Shown in pieces: positions 18,733-28,050 of a stretch of 60,083 nt of DNA (its first letter is position 1; each line of letters begins with the position of its first letter). This DNA comes from Rhodothermales bacterium. GTDB lineage: Bacteria; Bacteroidota; Rhodothermia; Rhodothermales; Bin80. The stretch is taken from NCBI GenBank assembly GCA_012271205.1, contig JAAXGT010000091.1:1-60083 (forward strand), read 5' to 3'. Made by a program: the position numbers and the translations under genes. The notes under the pieces were generated by a model. The model made no database searches, had not been told where the DNA came from, and saw nothing but the letters and a program-made list of their open reading frames with translations.

Positions 18733-20465
18733 TGCCGAACCATAGTTTGAGTTAGGCGAATCCCGTCCACGCCGAGCACGGCCAGATAAGCGCCTGAGGC
18801 AAGGCCGGATGCATTAAACTTGGCAGAATGAACTCCTGCATTTCTGGTCTCGTTGAGCAGCACCGCAACTTCGCGACCCAAGAGGTCATAGATCGTCAAC
18901 TGCACATGGCTTGGCCGCTCGAGTTCAAAGCGAATGGTTGCGGCGTTTCGGAACGGGTTGGGATACGTCGACAGTTCCACGGCAAGCTTTTCGGGCGTCG
19001 GAGAAACCGACTGCAAAATAAGGCCCATGTAGGACGGGCCCACATCTTGTGCTAAGAGCGGTCGGTAGAGGATGGGGGATGAGGCGAGTTCATCTGCTCC
19101 AATGTCTGGAGCGCTGTCCCGGTTTTGACCATCGATGTCCTGGGTTGCGAAGTCTATTTCCATAGCGGCTCCGATTGCCGGACTCGCAGAAGCTGGACGC
19201 CACAGGTCTGCCCCAAAAGTGAGTTCTGGATCTGTGGTCGAGATGCCACCAACTTGCGGAATGCCAAGAGGCGCGCCATGGAATATGTTGGACTGGTAAG
19301 TGACGTTAAGCGGTTCATCTTCATAGTTGATGATTGGACCGCTGGCTGTTACCACCAGATTGTTTGCAATTAAGAGACTGTCTGGGGCGAGTGACTGTTC
19401 CGAGCTTTTTCCGGCTCCCACTGCAAATGCTTCCTCGACATTCACGAAGGTGTTAAAAGCAATCACAGCATTCCTGACTTGGAAATACCGGTTTAGCGGG
19501 GAGTTAGGCACGCCGTTGACGATTGCCAGCGCAGCGCGGTAATCCGTGCCTTCGAGATCTTGGAAATAGTTGTTGTAGACCCTGTGCCGTTCACCAATGA
19601 TGCGAACGCCGCCGGCTCCATGCTTGCCTTCCCCAAGAAAAAAATTGCCGTATACGTGGGCCTTATTGCCATGCCGCAGCGTGAGCACCCCCGATGAACG
19701 GCGAAAAGTATTGTGCCGGTAGGTGTTATTGCCGCTCTTGTTCGAGATAATTTCAATCTCTCCGTCACATTCCTCGAAGAGATTGTGTTCCACCGTCACG
19801 TTTGCATCCTGCATGGAGCGACTGCTGGTCCCGATCCTGAGTGACTCACCGCCATTTTTGCCCAATTCCGGGCGGTGACCGAAATAGTTGTGGTCAATCT
19901 GGTGCCAGACGGGACGGTCATTGGGTGGATCGCGCAGCCAGACGACCACCGTTGCCCCATCGTGATCCTTTCCGGCGAAATGGCAATGATCTACGCGGTT
20001 ATGTGTGCCATAAACGGAGACCCATTTATACTCCGTCAAACGATCCGGAGGGTTATAGTCGGTTATGGCGCAATTGGTAAGTCTGCTGCGATTGGTCAGG
20101 CGTGAGGACGAGCGCCGGAATTCGATAACGTGTCCGCTACGCAGTTCACCTCCGTCAAACCACAGTCCATCTACCTTGAGATACGTTCCACCTATGCGCA
20201 AGCGGGAGGCGCCATTAAGTACTACCTGTCCGGGAGTTTCGGCACGCAGCGTAATAGTATCCCCTTCGGCGCCCTCGGCAAAGAACGAAATCACCACATT
20301 GGTCCAAGTGCCATTGGCCATTACTACAGTATCGCCCGGACCGGAGGCGGCAATAGCAGCAGAGAGCTCCTGAGGGGTACGGGCTATGCGCTCCACCTGA
20401 GCACGGGCTGCAGATGGAAGTAACAGGCACAACAGGAGTCCGGCCCAGCTTTGCCGGCACGTCAT
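18729..20465 (-). CDS. PL6 alginate lyase with T9SS type A CTD
   Basis: NGGESLRIG, EIISNKS, LTLRHG; CTD 'YPNPF...IYDLLGREV...LASGAY'. Confidence 0.92.
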   Translation of the reverse strand: MTCRQSWAGLLLCLLLPSAARAQVERIARTPQELSAAIAASGPGDTVVMANGTWTNVVISFFAEGAEGDTITLRAETPGQVVLNGASRLRIGGTYLKVDGLWFDGGELRSGHVIEFRRSSSRLTNRSRLTNCAITDYNPPDRLTEYKWVSVYGTHNRVDHCHFAGKDHDGATVVVWLRDPPNDRPVWHQIDHNYFGHRPELGKNGGESLRIGTSSRSMQDANVTVEHNLFEECDGEIEIISNKSGNNTYRHNTFRRSSGVLTLRHGNKAHVYGNFFLGEGKHGAGGVRIIGERHRVYNNYFQDLEGTDYRAALAIVNGVPNSPLNRYFQVRNAVIAFNTFVNVEEAFAVGAGKSSEQSLAPDSLLIANNLVVTASGPIINYEDEPLNVTYQSNIFHGAPLGIPQVGGISTTDPELTFGADLWRPASASPAIGAAMEIDFATQDIDGQNRDSAPDIGADELASSPILYRPLLAQDVGPSYMGLILQSVSPTPEKLAVELSTYPNPFRNAATIRFELERPSHVQLTIYDLLGREVAVLLNETRNAGVHSAKFNASGLASGAYLAVLGVDGIRLTQTMVRH

Positions 20466-20486
20466 ATGTCTGCGTAGGGCAGTGGC

Positions 20487-22856
20487 TTATTTCGTGAGCA
20501 CGAGCGTCCGCCAGTTGCTGCGGCCGTCCACCGTAAGCCGGTAGAAGTAGGTGCCCGGCGCGCGGTGCTGCATCGAAACAGTAACGATGTATTCACCGGC
20601 GGCCTGGTGCTCATCTTTCAGGCTGGCGACCCTTCGGCCGAGCACGTCGTACAGCTCCAGGGTCACATGGCCGTCATGCTCCATTCTGTATGGGATTCTG
20701 GTTTCCGTTCGGAACGGATTCGGATAGTTCTGACCCAGAATGAATCCAGACGCTTCCGGGACAATCTCGTCCACCACAGCTGTTCGCTCGGTGATCCATC
20801 GCATGTCTCCTATTCCAAGCCCGTCCGAACCGGCTGTCACGAGTGGAGAGCTTGCCGAAAGTGAGAAATCGAGATTGTCGGGATCGGCGAATTCCGGATC
20901 AATGTCATACATCATCTCAGCTTTGGCGTTGCCAAGCAACCGGACCGGCGCAACCATGAAGGTGTCACTGTAGGTGATGCGGGAATCGCCCTCAAGGCTT
21001 ATGCTCCAATCCGCATCTTCCTTGCTGTTGGCTATGATGCTGTGTGTGATCTGTGCATTCTGGATACCCCGGGGCCAAATGGCGCGTCCGTTATTGTAGC
21101 CACAGTTGTAGCAGGTCAGGTTTTTAACGACGAATTCAGGCTCCGGCGTGGCCGGATCAGAGTCCCCAGCATAGACATAAATAGCGGACCGATTCGTGTT
21201 GGCAATCGTGGTGTTGGACACCTCGAAATGCTCTACGTTGTAATAACCCAGGTTTGGGCGCTCACTCGATTCATCCTTGATCCGGATGCCTTCTTTCCCA
21301 CTGTTATTCAGAATCGAATTCCGGAAAATCACCGAGTCAACCAAGGTCTCGGTATACTGACGCAGGAAATTACCGTCACTGCCGGCGACCACATCATGTA
21401 TGTAGCTGTCGGTAACCTTGAGTACGGTCGATGCTTTTACCGAGTCGCTCCCACTGTGACGGATGCGCAACAAGTACTTGGCATTCAAATCTGTGCCGGC
21501 CTGACCATCAATTTCGATTCTATCGAGATGCAGGGAATTGAAAATGTCAAAAACGACTCGCGTGCTTTCATCCGCTTCGTTATTCTTGATCACTGGTCTT
21601 TCGGCCAGGCCGGCAGCCGCCCGAATCGTCAGTGGCACTCGGACATTGATGTCACTGTCGTTGAGGTAGTCTCCCCCTGAGTCTGTCAGTTCGATAATGT
21701 CACCGGCCGAGGCCGCATCCACGGCGTCCATCAGTGTGTTTTGACCGGCGGCCACTTGGTGAACCGTTCCGCCTATTCCAGCAGGCCACCACCGCGGGTC
21801 ACCGAGTGTAGCGCCGTCCATGCCGGCTCCGATAAGAGGGCTGCCACTCATGAGCGTAAAGTCGCCGTTGTCTGGATCGGTAAACATTGGATCCACAGCG
21901 TACAGGCTTTCAATCGTGGGATCGCCCCGGTCCCCGGTCCAGTCTCCGTCATCGCTGACATTAAGCGTATCACTGAAAGCCAATACCGCCCCGGGCACGA
22001 GCCAGGGGGCCCCCAGTGTCTTTCCGGTTGCGTTGACGATGTCGTAATTGTTGACCATGATCGTATTGGTCACCTTGGCGTTTTCGACATCCTTAAGGTT
22101 GATCAGATAGTGGCCGGCATTGTGGATGGTCACGTGATCGATCACGACTTCGGGGCCTGGCGTATTCGGATCCTCATCACCACCGTACACACTAATGGCA
22201 TCGTTTTTGATATCCCAGAATGTTGAGTTCGAGATCTCAAAATACTTCACATTGAAGAAGCCGAAGCCGGGTCGCTCATTGTCCTCATCTCGAACGCGGA
22301 TGGCTTCCTTTCCGGTGTTTTTTACCATCGTGTTACGAATGATGATAGAGTCCGCCATCGTGTCATAGTAGGCGCGGAAAGCATTGCCGTCGCTGCCGTG
22401 AACGAAGTCGTGGAAATAGCAGTCGAGTATCTTCAGCACGTATCCATCCTTAAGATTGTCCTGATCGCTGCCACTGCTGTTGCGAATCCCGTATTTGGTT
22501 TGTTCGCCCTGGTGTGCAAGTCCGTCAAATTCAAGCCCGATAAGCGTGAGATCATTGTACATGCGGATGATGTCCTTCGTGCCGTCAGTCCCGTTGTTGG
22601 TAAGCACGGGGCGATTCATCAGTCCGGGGGCTGCCATAATCGTGAGCGGCAATTCCAGGCGCAGTTCATCGTCATTCTGGTATTGACCGCCATCGGTAGT
22701 CAGAACCAGAGTGTCGCCCGGCATGGCCTGTGATATGGCATCCAGCAGCGTATTCTGACCAGCTTCAACGTCTATGCGTTGCTGGGCAAAGGTGGGACGC
22801 GCACCCGCAATCAAGACGGCGGCAATGAGCAACAGGAATGTAGTGGACGTTCTCAT
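20487..22856 (-). CDS. tandem beta-helix (DUF5123/DUF4957-like) protein with T9SS CTD
   Basis: Two ~335 aa internal repeats, each starting 'AGQNTL.DA' and ending 'DP.F.DPDN.DF.L...SPL..AG.DG...GD.RW'; CTD 'QNYPNPF...YDVLGRRV...GTYFYRL'. Confidence 0.85.
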   Translation of the reverse strand: MRTSTTFLLLIAAVLIAGARPTFAQQRIDVEAGQNTLLDAISQAMPGDTLVLTTDGGQYQNDDELRLELPLTIMAAPGLMNRPVLTNNGTDGTKDIIRMYNDLTLIGLEFDGLAHQGEQTKYGIRNSSGSDQDNLKDGYVLKILDCYFHDFVHGSDGNAFRAYYDTMADSIIIRNTMVKNTGKEAIRVRDEDNERPGFGFFNVKYFEISNSTFWDIKNDAISVYGGDEDPNTPGPEVVIDHVTIHNAGHYLINLKDVENAKVTNTIMVNNYDIVNATGKTLGAPWLVPGAVLAFSDTLNVSDDGDWTGDRGDPTIESLYAVDPMFTDPDNGDFTLMSGSPLIGAGMDGATLGDPRWWPAGIGGTVHQVAAGQNTLMDAVDAASAGDIIELTDSGGDYLNDSDINVRVPLTIRAAAGLAERPVIKNNEADESTRVVFDIFNSLHLDRIEIDGQAGTDLNAKYLLRIRHSGSDSVKASTVLKVTDSYIHDVVAGSDGNFLRQYTETLVDSVIFRNSILNNSGKEGIRIKDESSERPNLGYYNVEHFEVSNTTIANTNRSAIYVYAGDSDPATPEPEFVVKNLTCYNCGYNNGRAIWPRGIQNAQITHSIIANSKEDADWSISLEGDSRITYSDTFMVAPVRLLGNAKAEMMYDIDPEFADPDNLDFSLSASSPLVTAGSDGLGIGDMRWITERTAVVDEIVPEASGFILGQNYPNPFRTETRIPYRMEHDGHVTLELYDVLGRRVASLKDEHQAAGEYIVTVSMQHRAPGTYFYRLTVDGRSNWRTLVLTK

Positions 22857-22902
22857 GGTGCAAATCGGGTTTAGGTGGGGGGAGCAACTCTAGTTCCGTG
22901 AC

Positions 22903-22920
22903 AAGTATGATGTAATACAA
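22903..22920. promoter_or_regulatory. candidate FadR/GntR operator
   Basis: Imperfect palindrome GTATGATGTAATAC about 47 bp upstream of the 22856 start; near-copy at 33153. Confidence 0.65.
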
Positions 22921-22953
22921 GTTAGCAGGACGTGGAATATTTTGCAAGCTTCG

Positions 22954-25569
22954 TTAACGCACACGCACAACCCGGCCTTGCACAGTCGAGCCCGCGCTAT
23001 CTGTCCAGCGCAGAATGTATGTGCCCGAAGGAGCATGGGCGCCCGTTGCAGTGCGTCCGTCCCACGTAAGGCGGACTGCTTTAGCACCCGCGGGATGATT
23101 TCCGGAGAGTACTCGTATCTGCTGGCCCAGGAGATTGTACACGATAACCGTGAATGCGCCAGGGTGTTGCACCGGTGCCTCGAGGGTAACAAATTGGTCA
23201 AAGGGGTTGGGATAGGCCTGCAGTAGCACTGCGGGTTCTGGAAGACGTTCCGATTCGAGGCCTGTAGGTTCCAATCCAATCACAATGCTCCCTTGCCTGT
23301 ACGTAAACTGGACGGCCTTCCCATTTACGTGTACCTCGTGTACGGTTCCGGCATCGGGATACGTCACTTCGATCTGGGCGGCCTGCCGGTGTGCAGGTGC
23401 GGCTATATCGAGTCTTCCGGTTGTGCGGGTGTCCAGTGCGAGTGTCACCAGAGATTCAGACGAGAATGCCACATCGCCAGCGGCAAACGAATGAGCCTCC
23501 CGAACGGCAAGCTGCTGCCACGTACCACTGCTTGTGCGCATCCATGCAAACGTGGCATCGGTGGCGAAAGCGTCTAGCGACTGATGTCGCGGTCGTGCCT
23601 GCAGGAAGAAAAAGTCAGACATGTTCGCCCTTGTGAGATTTGCGGCTACGTACGCATCTGTGCTCAGGTCCACGACATCGGGCACCGGAGCATCTATGCG
23701 GGCTGGCAGGAGCAACTGCAAAAACGCGGCCTCCGGGCCCGTCTGAGTCACCTCTACATACCGTTCATATCGCTCGTCCTTGAAGAGGCTGATGTAACCC
23801 GTGGCATGACTAATCTTAGCCAGATCCGGGAATAGAAATGCGTCCAACCTGGCGGCAGAGCCATAGCGGTTTTCAAATGGTTCCCATCTTGCGTAATGGC
23901 CATTCCGTTCAAAGGCACCACGCCCGTGAAGGTAGGCTTTGTACGTGTGTTCCTGCTCTCCCGACACCAGATCGGCCACTACAAAATAGTCTTGGTCAAT
24001 AAACCCTATAGCGCGGCGAAGGCTCGCGTCATTTGGACGAAGGTATCCACTCTCCTTTTCTGCAAACCCGAAAAACGGCGAATCTATTTCGTAGCGGGGG
24101 GGAGGGGTGACATTGTACACGAACGGAGTCTTGAACAGGCTGTCGGTCACAGGAGGATAGCCGTCCGCGGTTACGATGTTGTGTGCCTTGGCAGTCAGGT
24201 ACCAGGATCCGCGCCGGTCATCAGAGAACCCGTTGGGTCCATAACCCGCGTCGGGGACAAGGACCGCATCGTTGCCCGCCATGAAGAAGGATAACTGGTC
24301 CGGGTGATTGTGATTATCAGCTTCAGCAACGCCGTGAAAAAGGAGATATCGATCATCCGGCCCGGACTCCCATTTCTTGCGGAATACAACCTGACCTCCC
24401 CCAAGGAATTGATTCGGAGAGGCTGTTGGAGCAACCGATGGTATGGTACTGTCAAAAAGAATGTATTCGTCGATCTCCCACGTAACATCCACCGTCGCTC
24501 CAGTGTAGTCTTCGTCGACAAGGCGCGTTGTTTCGAAGTTCCACTGACAAATAGCCGCGAAGTCCGTTTCGGGATTAAGCATGGTTGGTACTCCCCTGTA
24601 AGCCGCGGCAACCATGTGCGTAGGGGCAGGCTTCAGGTATGAGTCCTCAATGTTAGGAACTTGACCTCGACCCGTACGCACTCGTATAGGCCACTCAAAT
24701 GCCGGGCGGTAGGTGCTAAACAGGTCGACGCCTGCTACGTTCAGATAGTGCCACAGAAAGGGAATCAGGTTCACGGCATTGTACATCCAGTAATGCCCCC
24801 CTTCGCGATAGATTCCGTCCGCACTGAACTGATACCGGGTGACCGAATTTGCAGCTTCCAGTGCGTGGGAGAGCCAGTCCGCTGCCTGTTCGTGGTCGGA
24901 AAGTGTCAAGGCGGCTGTTCCGATGGCCCAAGCCGGCTTTGAACGGTGATTGTGGGGGCGTGGAGCCAGCCGTTGGCCTACCATCAGGTTGTCACGCAAG
25001 TACTGCGTTTCACCAGCTAGGCGACGCCGAATTTCATTGTTCTGGTCAGGGCTGAGGTGACCGAAGACCCAGTCGTAAGCGGTGGCATAATTCTGTAGCC
25101 ACGTGGCCCGATAGATCTCATCGTAGGGTTTTTCACCGGTCTGTGGCACCCCCTCATAAGCTACCAGCAAGGCCTCAATCGCCTTTTGCAGTGCAGCGGC
25201 ATCTTCTTCCAGCAGCCACCAGAATGCAAGGGTTTTGGCAGCCCTTGGCCGATGATTTTCGTCCAGGTTCAACATATCCTTGTCGATATACCTGAGGGCG
25301 TCCGCCCGGAAGCGTTGCCAAAGCAGGTAATACCTGGACGCCGGATCTTCTTTGCGTGTTCGAAGCGAAGCGACACGGTCCGCGGAGAAAAAAAGTGACG
25401 GATGCTGCTCCGAGACTGGCAATATCGGGGTGGTATCCACGCTGAAGCCCGTATAGGTGTCGTATCTCGGATGCTGTGCCTCCGTGCGAGCAGGCAGGAA
25501 AAATCCGATTAGAAAAAGCTGCCACAACAAGACGATTGGAATGGCCACTCGCCTCCAGGTCGGTATCAT
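22954..25569 (-). CDS. heparinase II/III-like polysaccharide lyase with T9SS/FlgD-Ig-like CTD
   Basis: HPSLFF, PHNH, DGIYREGGHYW, HNHPDQLSF, DAGY and AHN motifs; C-terminal 'AYPNPF...VYNLLGQ...WDGR...SGTY'. Confidence 0.82.
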   Translation of the reverse strand: MIPTWRRVAIPIVLLWQLFLIGFFLPARTEAQHPRYDTYTGFSVDTTPILPVSEQHPSLFFSADRVASLRTRKEDPASRYYLLWQRFRADALRYIDKDMLNLDENHRPRAAKTLAFWWLLEEDAAALQKAIEALLVAYEGVPQTGEKPYDEIYRATWLQNYATAYDWVFGHLSPDQNNEIRRRLAGETQYLRDNLMVGQRLAPRPHNHRSKPAWAIGTAALTLSDHEQAADWLSHALEAANSVTRYQFSADGIYREGGHYWMYNAVNLIPFLWHYLNVAGVDLFSTYRPAFEWPIRVRTGRGQVPNIEDSYLKPAPTHMVAAAYRGVPTMLNPETDFAAICQWNFETTRLVDEDYTGATVDVTWEIDEYILFDSTIPSVAPTASPNQFLGGGQVVFRKKWESGPDDRYLLFHGVAEADNHNHPDQLSFFMAGNDAVLVPDAGYGPNGFSDDRRGSWYLTAKAHNIVTADGYPPVTDSLFKTPFVYNVTPPPRYEIDSPFFGFAEKESGYLRPNDASLRRAIGFIDQDYFVVADLVSGEQEHTYKAYLHGRGAFERNGHYARWEPFENRYGSAARLDAFLFPDLAKISHATGYISLFKDERYERYVEVTQTGPEAAFLQLLLPARIDAPVPDVVDLSTDAYVAANLTRANMSDFFFLQARPRHQSLDAFATDATFAWMRTSSGTWQQLAVREAHSFAAGDVAFSSESLVTLALDTRTTGRLDIAAPAHRQAAQIEVTYPDAGTVHEVHVNGKAVQFTYRQGSIVIGLEPTGLESERLPEPAVLLQAYPNPFDQFVTLEAPVQHPGAFTVIVYNLLGQQIRVLSGNHPAGAKAVRLTWDGRTATGAHAPSGTYILRWTDSAGSTVQGRVVRVR

Positions 25570-25639
25570 GCTTTAACGGTTATGCAGTAACACGTAGCGG
25601 GCGATTATTGCACCGGAGGCTGGGATTGGGGACTGGCTG

Positions 25640-27043
25640 TTAGAAGCTGTAAGTCACGCCAAAAAGCACATTGTGCTTGCGGATGCGATTGTAGTCCACG
25701 TTGGATTCCCACCTATCCTGGTAACGCAGGCGCTGGAATTCGTACGCGACATCTACTGTGACGAGGGTTAAGTCCTGGCCCAAACCAACGCTGAACGCAT
25801 CGCCGGTCGCGGTTTTTCCAATAAGTCCAAAACCCTCTATCCGAAACGGCTGCGGGTCATGCCGGAAGCCTGCTCGCACGAGCGTGGTACCGCGCAGCTT
25901 CCATTCCATACCCAGGCCTATGCCTTGAATCTTGCCCCAATCCGGTGCTGACTCCTGCCCGGTACCGCTAATATCGAGTGTTTCATAGTTCTGCAGAAAG
26001 TAGTCTGCTGCCAGAACGACCGAAGCGATGGGCCTGAGCGCAATTCCGGCCACTACGCGTGCCGGCAGTCTGATTTTGTCTTCCCCGGCCAGAGAAAAAT
26101 TCGTGCTCCCGGACTCCGATATCTCCACCTGGCCGTTGAGACTGAATGTACGCGTGACATGACTCGGAAGCTGATAGGTGATTCCGGCGCTAAGTATTTG
26201 GTGCTGCCAGAGAATGCCAATTGCTCTACTCCAGCCGCTATAGTCCGACGATCCGTTCCAGTTAGTTAGCCCCTCGGTGACGGTGTGACTGTAATCGTGT
26301 GCATCTTCACGCAACGCAAACATTCCTATTTGGCGGATGTATTGGCGATCCGTGGAATTTCCCCATGACCGTGAAATGCGTATGCCAACGTACAAGCTTT
26401 TCAGCAGCTCGAATCCTGCAGCGGCTGAGAGGGCCTGTATTTGCCCGTTGCGCTCCCGCTCGAAAGCAGACCATTGGACCTCAATTTCCTCGCCGGGCTT
26501 CGGACGCTCGATCGGGTCTGGACGAAACTGGCCGATATAGGGATCCAATACATTGTCGTTCCGATCATAGTCACCGAGCTGTGCAACTTGATGCAGCATG
26601 AGACCTGCAGTAAATCTCCGGTCAGCAATGCTGATTGGAATGGCCCCCCCCAGCGTTGCAAGCTGAAAATTCTGCTGGCTGTGGGTCCAGTCGGGTTCCA
26701 AAAGGGGCTCGCTCCGATAGTCCTCGGGGTCCGAAAAGAAGAGAGAGAGCCCAGCGTAATAGCGATTTGGATTCCAATGCTGCGTTTCAGCCCAGTCCCT
26801 GGACAGCCAGAGACCACCAGCTGAAAGCGCGGGACGCGACAGGCTTGCAAGACTGGCCGGATTAAGAAGAATGGATTCAGGGGAGCCGGCCGTTGCTGCA
26901 AAAGTAGCGCCCATCCCCCGGGCACGAATCGTTGTCAGGTCCTGCCGCTCCAACCCTTGAATAGTAAGAGACTGCATTACCCCCTGTCCGTGGGCCAGGG
27001 GCGCCACCAACAGCAAAAGTATTGGGAGTCGGCGAAGCATCAA
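25640..27043 (-). CDS. outer-membrane beta-barrel, FadL/PorV-like superfamily
   Basis: Signal peptide; 'RARGMG...LLNPASLA' N-terminal motif; alternating beta strands; C-terminal VTYSF. Confidence 0.75.
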   Translation of the reverse strand: MMLRRLPILLLLVAPLAHGQGVMQSLTIQGLERQDLTTIRARGMGATFAATAGSPESILLNPASLASLSRPALSAGGLWLSRDWAETQHWNPNRYYAGLSLFFSDPEDYRSEPLLEPDWTHSQQNFQLATLGGAIPISIADRRFTAGLMLHQVAQLGDYDRNDNVLDPYIGQFRPDPIERPKPGEEIEVQWSAFERERNGQIQALSAAAGFELLKSLYVGIRISRSWGNSTDRQYIRQIGMFALREDAHDYSHTVTEGLTNWNGSSDYSGWSRAIGILWQHQILSAGITYQLPSHVTRTFSLNGQVEISESGSTNFSLAGEDKIRLPARVVAGIALRPIASVVLAADYFLQNYETLDISGTGQESAPDWGKIQGIGLGMEWKLRGTTLVRAGFRHDPQPFRIEGFGLIGKTATGDAFSVGLGQDLTLVTVDVAYEFQRLRYQDRWESNVDYNRIRKHNVLFGVTYSF

Positions 27044-27051
27044 TCCCGGCG

Positions 27052-28050
27052 TTAGTCTCTCGAAAGCAAAAGCCCGAGGCGATGCACTGCTCCAAAGGCC
27101 TCAGTCATGCTACTGTAACTGTAATCAAAACCGAGCCTGACGAAGGCCACCGGCTGCCGGATGCCGCCTCCGAAACTGAATGAAGCGATGTCATAGTTAT
27201 GCTGATAGCCACCCCGCAAGAAAAACCGGTTCAGGAACGCGTACTCCAGCCCCGCAGCCCACTGCTGATCATAATCGTTGGGTTGAATGAGATCGAACGT
27301 GGCCGTAAGTCGATTGGCGTCATGAAGGGGAATCAGTCCGTCGGTTCCGATGACATTTACTGCGCCGCCCAGGCGAAACAGCAGCGGTGGCGGATAGGCA
27401 TCTTCCGCAAAGGATACCGGTGCGCCGAAGTTCATTACGGATGCACCAAGCCGCAGTGAGCGATAACCCGTGTTATATGCCATGCCAAAGTCAAAGAGAA
27501 AGGCACGGGCATCAGCGAGCCAGAGATCCTCACGGGCCATCTTGGCGGTAAGGCCTGCGGCAAAGCGGTCGGTGAAGCCCCGAGCGTAGGTGACTCCAAG
27601 AACCCAGCTGCGGAGCGAGAATGACGAGCCCGTGAGTCCCGGGTTGTAGACCTGCGTGCCTCCCTCGTCTACGAATCCTAATTGATCCACCCGCGTCTCC
27701 TGAAACTCGCCCATGTCGGCCAAATAGAAATGTACGCCTGCATGTCCCCAAGAGCCTAGGGACCGCCCATAGGCCATCCCGTAGTGTGCCGCGTCCAGAA
27801 ACCAGTCCACGCGGTCAAGCGCGAAGCTGTGGCCAGTCGTGCGCACAAGTCCGGCGGGGTTCCAGTACAGGGCGTGTGCTCCTTCTGCTATGGCGCTGGA
27901 GGCCGTGCCCACACCCATAGAACGGGCATCGGGGGCCACGCTGAGAAACTGCATGGAAGATGTTCCCACCTTCTGACCGAGGGCAAGAGACGGAAGCAGG
28001 GCACCCAGTACCACAGCGGCGGCAAATATATTTCTTGGTGGTCCGGTCAT
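27052..28050 (-). CDS. PorV/PorQ-family outer-membrane protein
   Basis: 'KVGTSSMQFLSVAPDARSMGVG...ALYWNPAGL', 'FDFGMAY.TG..SLRLG', 'GLEY...FFLRGGY', 'DYSY...FG.VHR'. Confidence 0.88.
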   Translation of the reverse strand: MTGPPRNIFAAAVVLGALLPSLALGQKVGTSSMQFLSVAPDARSMGVGTASSAIAEGAHALYWNPAGLVRTTGHSFALDRVDWFLDAAHYGMAYGRSLGSWGHAGVHFYLADMGEFQETRVDQLGFVDEGGTQVYNPGLTGSSFSLRSWVLGVTYARGFTDRFAAGLTAKMAREDLWLADARAFLFDFGMAYNTGYRSLRLGASVMNFGAPVSFAEDAYPPPLLFRLGGAVNVIGTDGLIPLHDANRLTATFDLIQPNDYDQQWAAGLEYAFLNRFFLRGGYQHNYDIASFSFGGGIRQPVAFVRLGFDYSYSSMTEAFGAVHRLGLLLSRD

